64,000 nucleotides of DNA, taken from assembly GCA_964016885.1 (NCBI GenBank), contig OZ024741.1, positions 27,032,001 through 27,096,000 of the forward strand, written 5' to 3'. Below, piece after piece: positions 13,291 to 24,059 of the stretch. The DNA comes from Eledone cirrhosa (lineage: Eukaryota). Made by a program: the position numbers and the translations under genes. The notes below the pieces were generated by a model. That model was not told the origin of the DNA. It saw only the letters and a program-made list of their open reading frames with translations, and did not search any database. Each line of letters opens with the position of its first letter. The stretch's first letter is position 1.

Positions 13291-13754
13291 AGCCTTTGTG
13301 CTTCCATTCTATGCCTCCCACACATAAATATGTCGGTGTGTGTTTGCATAAACCATCAACATTGTTTTTATTGGCTGTTTTCTATATACACATGTATAAA
13401 TCTGTTTCTTTTACACACACAATTGCTTATATATTGTATTCTTACACACAAACATGTGTTAGTGTCTATCTGTATGTGTATGTATACCTGTATGTCTATA
13501 TGTATGTGTATCAGTGTATATCTATAAGTATGTGTGTCAGTGTATATCTGTATGTGTTGGCATAAAATCTGGACAGTTCTAAGGAACTCTTTCCATAAGA
13601 TATATCCTGGAAATTTCCACTCACCCAATAATATCTATCAATTCTATTATCTGAAATGTTTGAGGCCCCTTAAGGCACTGCATTCATCTTATTACTTCAA
13701 TTTCTCATTTTCTTAAGAGGCATGTCACAAAATATATATCTTCACAAGTCATAT

Positions 13755-13757
<3 letters not shown>

Positions 13758-13824
<67 letters not shown>

Positions 13825-13849
13825 TATCTGTCTATCTGTCATCTATCTA

Positions 13850-13882
<33 letters not shown>

Positions 13883-14427
13883 AAGTCTGTCTATCCATCT
13901 ATGTCAACCTATTTGTTTATTTATCTTTCTTTCTTTGTCTTTCTCTCTCCTCCTCTCTCTCTCTCTCTCTGCATTGTATACACACACAAGAACAATGATG
14001 ATGATGATGAAGATGATATATATATATATATATGTGTATATATATATATAGTTTTGCAGTACGTGTGTGAAATAATCTTTATAAAAATATCCTCTCATCC
14101 AATACCTTTCTGGTATATGAGAAATGTTGGCTTCACTAATCACACAGCAAGCCTCAATCCCTCTATAAACACACACCACTCCCCCTTTCTCTGGAACCTA
14201 AACTGGAACTTTCCAGAACCTGTTTGCTTTTTTAATGAGATCTTTGTGCATTGTGTGGGGGAGTGTTGTGTTATTGGTCTTTGTCATGTGTGTGTTCATG
14301 TGCGAGTGTGAGTGTGCGTAGATTTTATATATATATATATATACACACGTGTACTGACTGAGCTTTTACCTTTACCTATATATATATATATATATATATC
14401 ATCATCATCATCGTTTAACATCTATCT

Positions 14428-14469
<42 letters not shown>

Positions 14470-14590
14470 TCTCTCTCTGTCTCTCTTTCTCTCTCTCTCT
14501 GTCTCCCTCTCTCTCGCTATCTCTCTCTCTCTATATATATATATAGGGAGAGATAGGGCGGAGAGATAGAGAGATAGATAAGGAAGTCAA
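13758..14590. repeat. Microsatellite cluster (CT)n, (CTAT/CTGT)n, (GAT)n, (TA)n
   Basis: Directly visible simple repeats surrounding a short unique island at 14090-14260. Confidence 0.9.
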
Positions 14591-15198
14591 TATCTCATTC
14601 TAGACACACACATACACATAGACATAGTGGTATACATATAGACATACACTGACAGAGGCAGGCCAAGAAAGTAGGGTGGAAGGGAGACATTAATAACTGA
14701 GGAGACAAGTTAATGGACCCCTACAATATATATATCATTCTCTATATATCTTCTCTTTGTTCAGGAAGAAAGATTATTGGGATTAGTTGAGCATAGCCAC
14801 TGTCAATATCACAACCATCACAACCACTCTCAATATCACTACCATCACTACCATTACAACTATCACAACCACTGTCAATATTACAACTACCACAACCATC
14901 ACTACCATCACAACCATCACCCCCCCCCCTTTACCATCAACACCACCAACTTTGAATCTAATGCACTTTTCCATCCTTCTCTGCCCCCACTTCTATATAC
15001 ACTGCTGGAAGGATTCTTCTGGGAAGCCCCTCAGCTCCTTCATTATGACCCAATTTATGGCCTCCACACCTTCAAAATGGGTCCCCTTCTTAGGATTACC
15101 TGTTCCCTCATGAGGGCAATCCCAACAAAAACATAATTTTTTTGCCCGTTCCCTTACATCTAGGACTACCTCGGAAACATAACCCTTTACTTAATGTT

Positions 15199-15271
15199 GC
15201 TGTCTGATGAGATCACAAGAATGGTTACATAATCAAATGACAATGATTGTCATTGAAATATATATCACAGC
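15199..15271 (+). ncRNA. Minimal type I hammerhead ribozyme motif (degenerate stem II)
   Basis: GCTGT-CTGATGA-GATCACAA...TTGTCATT-GAAA-TATATA-TC-ACAGC: stem I GCTGT/ACAGC, palindromic stem III. Confidence 0.6.
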
Positions 15272-15423
15272 TTTATTAATAAAGGACTTTTTAACGTCTC
15301 TCTCTCTCCCCTGCAGTTAACAGCTGACAAAGGGGCTCTTCTTTTGTTTTGTCCATATACCATCTTAAACCTTGTTTACAGTAACCACACAGCTCGCTTC
15401 GTTTCTTGTAATTTTATATATAT

Positions 15424-16243
15424 CATCATCATCATCATCATCATCAACGTTTAACGTCCGTGTTCCACGCTTGCATGGGTTTGGACGGGGGTTTTCCCAC
15501 TTGAGGCAAGAGTGATTGTCTTGCTCGCATAGGACTGTCTGGCAGGTTTTCTACAGTTGGATGCCCTTCCTAACACCAACCACATTTACAGTGTGGGTCT
15601 GGGAGGTTTTTACCGTGTTGCCTACACGGCCACATTACAGCGTGGACTGTGTGTTTTTTTGTCGTGACACCTACACGATCTCATTTGTTTCGGCCTGGAT
15701 GGTGTGGCACCAACATAACTTTACATAGAAGGGGGCGGTGTGGATGGGGTGGGGGTGGTGGGACGAGGTATATTTTGTTAGAGATGCCTACTGACTGTAG
15801 TAGGTTTTACTTTGTATTTAGGTAAGGCGGGTCTTCTCTATTACTGAGTACCGCCAAAGGTCTCGGTCCAGTGACATTGTCTTGGTGAGGTGTAAGTGTG
15901 TGAGGTCGGAGTTTATCAGCTCGTCCCAGGTTTTTCTGGGTCTGCCTATTCCGTGGCTACCGTCTATCTTTATTGCCCTGCACTTTGTTATACAGCTATC
16001 GTCCTTCATGCGCATCACGTGACCATACCAACGTAGCCTTCTCTCTAGTAAACAACATCTGATCCCTCTTATTTCTAATTTTTTCCTTAGTTCGTTTATG
16101 CTTTGTCGTTCACGTATATTACTATTACACATCCAGCGGAACATGCAAGCTTCGTTTCTCTCTAGTCTGCGTATATCCTCTGCACACAATGCCCAGGTCT
16201 CACTGCCATGCAACATTGCTGTTCGTATGCAGGCATCGTACAA

Positions 16244-16245
<2 letters not shown>
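15424..16245 (-). mobile_element. 5'-truncated RTE-clade LINE, family B (young copy)
   Basis: Open ORF 15818-16243 (YDACIRTAMLHGSETW...RRLRWYGHVMR...GRPRKTW), 3'UTR and (GAT)n tail. Confidence 0.92.
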
Positions 16246-16276
<31 letters not shown>

Positions 16277-16350
16277 ACCCATGCTAGCATGGAAAATGGA
16301 CGTTAAACGAAGATGATGATGATGATGATATATATATTTAATATAGAAAA

Positions 16351-16401
16351 GGCTTCTACAGGACTAGAACTGTTTCATCCGGGAGAAATCATCAGGAAAC
16401 C
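16351..16401 (-). ncRNA. Hammerhead ribozyme motif (PLE-type remnant); decayed second copy at 30201-30245
   Basis: Reverse complement GGTTTC-CTGATGA-TTTCTCCCGGAT-GAAA-CAG..CTG-TA-GAAGCC: stems I and III pair, GUA cleavage triplet, weak stem II. Confidence 0.6.
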
Positions 16402-16997
16402 GACTGCCCAAGTAATATGGTGGTATTTATATCTTTTCTGGTGGTAGGAGAGGGTGGTGATTGGGATGGGTTCAGGTCATTGGTTGATGGGTTTAAAGAA
16501 AAGGGAATTCTTTAAAAACTATATTTAGAGTAACAAAGGCAGAAAGAATTCTATAGACAAGTTCATCATGGGGGTGGCACTCCTGATTTTTAAGGTTCAC
16601 TTAAGCTAACAATGACTATGGTCAGGTGTCTACAAACACACTCATACACACACAGTTTAGGGATTGTAATGTCAAGTTACCGTAGGTTCACCAGAGTGAG
16701 CACCATAATGGAAGCCTGATGAGCTTTTGATTCCAGAGTTGGGCCCAATCGATACAAATCGAACCTTTAGCTGATCAATCACGAAACACACATCAGGCCT
16801 CAATAAATGTAATGAAAATTTAACACCTCATCAATTTTGTTATTATTATGTATATATAAAGAAAACATTATTATATATATATATATATATACTAGCTGGC
16901 CCGTCAGGCTGGCGCCCAGCTACCATTGGCATGTTCTACGGCATCCAGATATATGTATATAACTGACGTATCTAGCTTCGCTTGGATAAACGTTTGT

Positions 16998-19900
16998 GTA
17001 GTATAGTATTACTGTTGAAAATATATAGTATAGCATAGTATTACTGTTGAAAATATATATTATAGTATAGTATTACTGTTGAAAATATATAGTATAGCAT
17101 AGTATTACTGTTGAAAATATATATTATAGTATAGTATTACTGTTGAAAATATATAGTATAGTATAGTATTACTGTTGAAAATATATATTATAGTATAGTA
17201 TTACTGTTGAAAATATATAGTATAGCATAGTATTACTGTTGAAAATATATAGTATAGCATAGTATTACTGTTGAAAATATATAGTATAGTATAGTATTAC
17301 TGTTGAAAATATATAGTATAGTATAGTATTACTGTTGAAAATATATAGTATAGCATAGTATTACTGTTGAAAATATATAGTATAGCATAGTATTACTGTT
17401 GAAAATATATAGTATAGCATAGTATTACTGTTGAAAATATATAGTATAGTATAGCATAGTATTACTGTTGAAAATATATAGTATAGTATAGTATTACTGT
17501 TGAAAATATATAGTATAGTATAGTATTACTGTTGAAAATATATAGTATAGTATAGTATTACTGTTGAAAATATATAGTATAGTATAGTATTACTGTTGAA
17601 AATATATAGTATAGTATAGTATTACTGTTGAAAATATATAGTATAGCATAGTATTACTGTTAAAAATATATAGTATAGTATAGTATTACTGTTGAAAATA
17701 TATAGTATAGTATAGCATAGTATTACTGTTGAAAATATATAGTATAGCATAGTATTACTGTTGAAAATATATAGTATAGTATAGTATTACTGTTGAAAAT
17801 ATATAGTATAGTATAGTATTACTGTTGAAAATATATAGTATAGTATAGTATAGTATTACTGTTGAAAATATATAGTATAGTATAGTATTACTGTTGAAAA
17901 TATATAGTATAGTATAGTATTACTGTTGAAAATATATAGTATAGCATAGTATTACTGTTGAAAATATATATTATAGTATAGTATTACTGTTGAAAATATA
18001 TAGTATAGCATAGTATTACTGTTGAAAATATATATTATAGTATAGTATTACTGTTGAAAATATATAGTATAGTATTACTGTTGAAAATATATAGTATAGT
18101 ATAGTATTACTGTTGAAAATATATATTATAGTATAGTATTACTGTTGAAAATATATAGTATAGCATAGTATTACTGTTGAAAATATATAGTATAGCATAG
18201 TATTACTGTTGAAAATATATAGTATAGTATAGTATTACTGTTGAAAATATATAGTATAGTATAGTATTACTGTTGAAAATATATAGTATAGCATAGTATT
18301 ACTGTTGAAAATATATAGTATAGCATAGTATTACTGTTGAAAATATATAGTATAGCATAGTATTACTGTTGAAAATATATAGTATAGCATAGTATTACTG
18401 TTGAAAATATATAGTATAGTATAGCATAGTATTACTGTTGAAAATATATAGTATAGTATAGTATTACTGTTGAAAATATATAGTATAGTATAGTATTACT
18501 GTTGAAAATATATAGTATAGTATAGTATTACTGTTGAAAATATATAGTATAGTATAGTATTACTGTTGAAAATATATAGTATAGTATAGTATTACTGTTG
18601 AAAATATATAGTATAGCATAGTATTACTGTTAAAAATATATAGTATAGTATAGTATAGTATTACTGTTGAAAATATATAGTATAGTATAGCATAGTATTA
18701 CTGTTGAAAATATATAGTATAGCATAGTATTACTGTTGAAAATATATAGTATAGTATAGTATTACTGTTGAAAATATATAGTATAGTATAGTATTACTGT
18801 TGAAAATATATAGTATAGTATAGTATAGTATTACTGTTGAAAATATATAGTATAGTATAGTATTACTGTTGAAAATATATAGTATAGTATAGTATTACTG
18901 TTGAAAATATATAGTATAGCATAGTATTACTGTTGAAAATATATAGTATAGCATAGTATTACTGTTGAAAATATATAGTATAGCATAGTATTACTGTTGA
19001 AAATATATAGTATAGTATAGTATTACTGTTGAAAATATATAGTATAGTATAGTATTACTGTTGAAAATATATAGTATAGCATAGTATTACTGTTGAAAAT
19101 ATATAGTATAGCATAGTATTACTGTTGAAAATATATAGTATAGCATAGTATTACTGTTGAAAATATATAGTATAGCATAGTATTACTGTTGAAAATATAT
19201 AGTATAGCATAGTATTACTGTTGAAAATATATAGTATAGCATAGTATTACTGTTGAAAATATATAGTATAGCATAGTATTACTGTTGAAAATATATAGTA
19301 TAGCATAGTATTACTGTTGAAAATATATAGTATAGTATAGTATTACTGTTGAAAATATATAGTATAGCATAGTATTACTGTTGAAAATATATAGTATAGT
19401 ATAGTATTACTGTTGAAAATATATAGTATAGCATAGTATTACTGTTAAAAATATATAGTATAGTATAGTATTACTGTTGAAAATATATAGTATAGCATAG
19501 TATTACTGTTGAAAATATATAGTATAGTATAGTATTACTGTTGAAAATATATAGTATAGCATAGTATTACTGTTAAAAATATATAGTATAGTATAGTATT
19601 ACTGTTGAAAATATATAGTATAGTATTACTGTTGAAAATATATAGCATAGTATGACTGTTGAAAATATACAGTATAGTATGACTCTTGAAAACATAGTAT
19701 AGTATAGTACTACTGTTGAAAATATATAGTATAGTATTACTGTTGAAAATATATAGTATAGTATTACTGTTAAAAATATATAGTATAGTACAGTATTACT
19801 GTTGAAAATATATAGTATAGTATTACTGTTGAAAATATATAGTACAGTATTACTGTTAAAAATATATAGTATAGTATTACTGTTGAAAATATATAGTATA

Positions 19901-20360
19901 GTATTACTGTTGAAAATATATAGTATAGTATTACTGTTGAAAATATATAGTATAGTATAATATTACGGTTGAAAATATATAGTACAATATTACTGTTGAA
20001 AATATATAGTATAGTACAGTATCACTGTTGAAAATATATAGTATAGCATAGTCTTACTGTTGAAAATATATAGTATAATATAGTATTACTGTTGAAAATA
20101 TATAGTATAGTATAGTATTACTGTTGAAAATATGTAGTACAGTATTACTGTTGAAATATATAGTACATTACTACTGCTGAAAATATATAGTGTAGTATTA
20201 CTGTTGAAAATATATAGTATAGTATTACTGTTGAAAATATATAGTACAGTATTACTGTTGAACATATATAGTATAGTATAGTATAACTGTTGAAAATATA
20301 TAGTATAGTATTAATGTTTAAAATATATAGTACAGTACAGTATTACTGTTGAAAATATGT
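16998..20360. repeat. AT-rich 32-bp satellite (AGTATTACTGTTGAAAATATATAGTATAGYAT) with 27/34/37-bp variants
   Basis: Period read directly; length variants mostly differ by TAGTA pentamers; more diverged 27-bp units at the 3' edge. Confidence 0.96.
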
Positions 20361-20371
20361 ACACGCATATA

Positions 20372-20436
<65 letters not shown>

Positions 20437-20564
20437 TTAAAAGTTGGTTAGAAGCGAAGTCAATGTAGACAGGCAGCCAGACAGAGCGATATTATAAGGG
20501 CGCGATGTTATAGCTATGTATCTATCTAAAAAGACAGAGTAAGAAAGAGAGAGGAATGTCGTAT

Positions 20565-20744
20565 TTCAAATCCCACCGAGGTTAACTTTGCCTTTCATCC
20601 TTACGGGGTCGATAAAATAAAGTACCAGTAATACACTGGGTAATTGCTGGCCTTGTTCCTAACGTAGAAACAATTATATATAATAAAGTACCAGTAATGT
20701 ACTGGGATAATTGCTGGCCTTGTGCCAAAAGTAGAAACAATTAT
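20565..20744 (+). mobile_element. 5'-truncated S1 SINE with duplicated 3' tail
   Basis: TTCAAATCCCACCGAGGTTAACTTTGCCTTTCATCC...; the segment AATAAAGTACCAG...GTAGAAACAATTAT occurs twice in tandem. Confidence 0.85.
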
Positions 20745-21256
20745 ACTTCTTTTTTATACAACTGTAAATAACATGTTTATGTATGTATATATACGTATAT
20801 ATATACATATAAAGGAATGCTGTAATAAAATGTACAAATTAAACTGTCTTTTATTTATGATACTAACACTATATATATATATATACACACACTATATATA
20901 CATATGTACACACACACACACAGATAGCGAAGTCAATGTACAGAATGGTTTTCATAATGCAGACAGTCAGACATACAGAGACATATTATAAGGGCGTGAC
21001 GTTATAGCTTATGTATCTATCTAAAAAGACAGACTAAGAAATGATCGCTAACCGGAAGTGTTGACATTTGAAAATTTTAAAGAAGTGAATATTTAAATAA
21101 ACAATAAAATATCTTTAATCTTTTAATGAAATTTAGTAGACAAAAATACCCCCACTTTCTTACTTGGAAAAAGTTACATCTATGGTACAAATTTGGTTCC
21201 GTTTGGTCCAGCCGATTGGCGAAAAGTTTATTACATACATACGGCCGTCAGCTTTA

Positions 21257-21307
<51 letters not shown>

Positions 21308-21375
21308 GTAGAACACTGGAAGGTAATATCCGTAGTGGTAGAGCACTCACTGCTCCATATAACCATGTCCATTAC

Positions 21376-21411
21376 GAGCTGAGGATCCGCTAAGGTGAAA
21401 CAATTGTTCTC
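21376..21411 (+). ncRNA. Minimal hammerhead ribozyme motif
   Basis: GAG-CTGAGGA-TCCGCTAAGGT-GAAA-CAATTG-TT-CTC: stem I GAG/CTC, palindromic stem III CAATTG; the island is flanked by (TA)n. Confidence 0.55.
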
Positions 21412-21441
21412 AGTATGGGGAACTAACTGTTGTGTAACCAC

Positions 21442-21480
<39 letters not shown>

Positions 21481-21873
21481 GGAGGTGAGTTTTATTGTAG
21501 CACAATAAAGCAATGCAATTTCCTTTTTCTTCATGCATAAACCTCATTAACTTTTAACTTCAAAATCTTTTAAATTATCTATTATCTTCCAACGGTTTTT
21601 TAATTTCTCTCTGTGAGACAATATTTTCTCAGTTGTAAAGGCTATCTCTCTCTCTCTCTCTCTCTATCATCCATTTCTCCTCCTCTCTCATCATTCCTTC
21701 TTATACTCCTCCCCCACCATCCTTTACTCTTATTTCTTCCTCTTCCTTAACCCCCCCCCCCCGCCCCCCGCATTTTTTCTCAATCTCATACATCCATCTT
21801 AATTTATTTTTCATATGTTGATTTAAAACTTCACTGATCACAAGTGTTTTTTAAGCTTCATATCATGTCTCCC

Positions 21874-21944
21874 TATTTTATCTGATGAGAACGCAGATAT
21901 CATCCCATGATGATATTTGTTTTTGAAATGCGCATAATAAAATA
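21874..21944 (+). ncRNA. Minimal type I hammerhead ribozyme, well preserved
   Basis: TATTTTAT-CTGATGA-G..GCAGATATCATC ccat GATGATATTTGT..-GAAA-TGCGCA-TA-ATAAAATA: 8-bp stem I, long stem II, palindromic stem III. Confidence 0.8.
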
Positions 21945-21974
21945 CTTGGAACTCTTTTAACCATCTTTTGATCT

Positions 21975-22017
<43 letters not shown>

Positions 22018-22239
22018 CCCGGCAGCTGTTAGGGCAAGACGTGTTTTCTTGGGCTCTGCTAGAGTCAGCAGCAACACACAACCACATGTTGCTACACACA
22101 AGGAAATAAAAAAGAAATTATGAGACCAATAGAGATATGTACATTTATATCTAAATATTGTTATTATCATTTACAGATGTCCCTCTGTGTTTAATGTAAA
22201 AATATATTCATTAGTATATGTGTTGTTATTTCTCTTTAC

Positions 22240-22884
22240 AAGGAAAAAATTAGAAATAAGAGGGATCAGATGTTGTTTACTCGAGAGAAGGCTACGTTGG
22301 TATGGTCACGTGATGCGCATGAAAGACGACAGCTGTATAACAAAGTGCGGGGCAATAAAGATAGACGGTAGCCACGGAGTAGGCAGACCCAGAAAAACCT
22401 GGGACGAGCTGATAAATTCCGACCTCACACACTTACACCTCTCCAAGACAATGTCACTGGACCGAGACCTTTGGCGGTACTCAGTAATAGAGAAGACCCG
22501 CCTTACCTAAATACAAAGTAAAACCTACTACAGCCAGTAGGCATCTCTAACAAAATACACCCCACCCACACCACCCCTTTCAATGTAAAGTTATGTTGGT
22601 GCCACAACATCCAGGCCGAAACAAATGAGATCGTGTAGGTGTTACGACAAAAAAACACACAGTCCACGCTGTAATGTGGCCGTGTAGGCAACACGGTAAA
22701 AACCTCCCAGCCCCACACTGTAAATGTGGTTGGTGTTAGGAAGGGCATCCAGCTGTAGAAAACCCGCCAGACAGTCCTATGCGAGCAAGACAATCACTCT
22801 TGCCTCAAGTGGGAAAACTCCCGTCCAAACCCATGCAAGCGTGGAACACGGACGTTAAACGTTGATGATGATGATGATGATGAT
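22240..22884 (+). mobile_element. 5'-truncated RTE-clade LINE, family B (young copy)
   Basis: RKKLEIRGIRCCLLERRLRWYGHVMR...; nearly identical to the reverse complement of 15424-16087; (GAT)n tail. Confidence 0.92.
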
Positions 22885-23634
22885 TTTACATACATATATA
22901 TATATCAATGCTTACGTAGACCTCTCAAAATTCGTTGGATTTTCTAATTGGATTTTCACCCTGCAACTGGATACCAACCCTGAGTACACCTGAACTTCCA
23001 CCAGGAAATCTTTCATATCATTGAAATTTTCTTTGCTTCTTATATATTATATATATATATATATATACTTGTCGCCATTGCAAAAGGCCATAAATTCAAA
23101 ATTTTGAAGAGAGAGGAAAAGAGACAAGTGAACTATCTCACTGACCCCTGCCACCACAATAACAATAACGGCTACACTCGCTCCCCACCATCACCACATT
23201 ACTCATTACTCTATCTAAAGTGGCTGACCTGTTGACTGTTGACATACTGCTAACCCCTTTGATGTATGTATGTGTATATACATATATATATGTGTGTGTA
23301 TATGTGTATGTATATGTATATCTCAATGGATGCGACCAGATTTCAACACAGCAACAACAACAGCGACACCAACAACAACAGCAACAACACCATTGTCTGT
23401 GTTGAATGTGTGTGTATGTATGTATTTATATATATGCAACTACAATAACAGCATCAACACCATTGTCTGCAGCATCAGTGAAATGAAGAACAACAACGGC
23501 AACAACAACAACAGCAGCGGCAACTACAATAACAACTACAGCAACAACAACTGCCACCACCATCACTGACCATCCACCACCACCATCACCATATTGACAC
23601 CATTCACCACCACCACCACCATTACCAGCGTAAA

Positions 23635-23827
23635 GTGGATTGGCAGTATCGGTAGAGGGTCGGACGCCATGCTTTCCAGCAGAGTTACGTCCCTTTACGA
23701 TCTGAGTTCAAATCCCGCCGAGGTTGACTTTGCCTTTCATCCTTACGGGGTCGATAAAATAAAGTACCAGTAATGCACTGGGTAATTGCTGGCCTTGTGC
23801 CTAAAGTAGAAACAATTATTATTATTA
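23635..23827 (+). mobile_element. Full-length tRNA-derived SINE S1
   Basis: A box TGGCAGTATCGG, B box GAGTTCAAATCC, body GCCTTTCATCCTTACGGGGTCGATAAAATAAAGTACCAG, (ATT)n tail. Confidence 0.9.
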
Positions 23828-24059
23828 TATAAAAACTGAACTGGACTGGGAAAAGTCAACAGTTGACATGATTTTGATTTTGTATTTGTATCTACTGACG
23901 GTAATATATATATATATATGTGTTTATAATTGGTGTGTGTGTTTGTATGCATGAATGAGTGTTGGTATGTGAGTGGCGTGTGTGTGTTTGTGGTTTGTAT
24001 GCATGAGTGTTGGTGTGTGTGTGTCGGGTCAATAAGTTTTTTTGTTTTTTTTTAATGAC

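Larger units (their letters stand above)
16891..21262 (+). mobile_element. Helentron/Helitron-like non-autonomous element containing a central satellite
   Basis: Starts ACTAGC within (TA)n; ends ...CAAATTTGGTTCCGTTTGGTCCAGCCG...ACATACATACGGCCGTCAGCTTTATTAATAT, resembling DINE-1/HINE-type 3' ends; internal tandem array and a roughly 100-bp duplicated block (20450/20925). Confidence 0.5.

Noticed and set aside
14108-14164. Minus-strand phase 2-2 island GIEACCVISEANISHIPE
   Set aside because: Short, phase-incompatible with the proposed chain, and out of order relative to the tentative RasGAP resemblance.
22916-23040. Minus-strand open island (SKENFNDMKDFLVEVQVYSGLVSSCRVKIQLENPTNFERS) with a GTAAGC donor
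   Set aside because: Poor acceptor, and phase 2-2 does not fit the neighbouring candidates; no recognisable family. Could still be a real exon; needs RNA data.
23635-23720. tRNA gene
   Set aside because: A and B boxes are present but there is no closed cloverleaf, and the sequence continues into a multi-copy SINE body.
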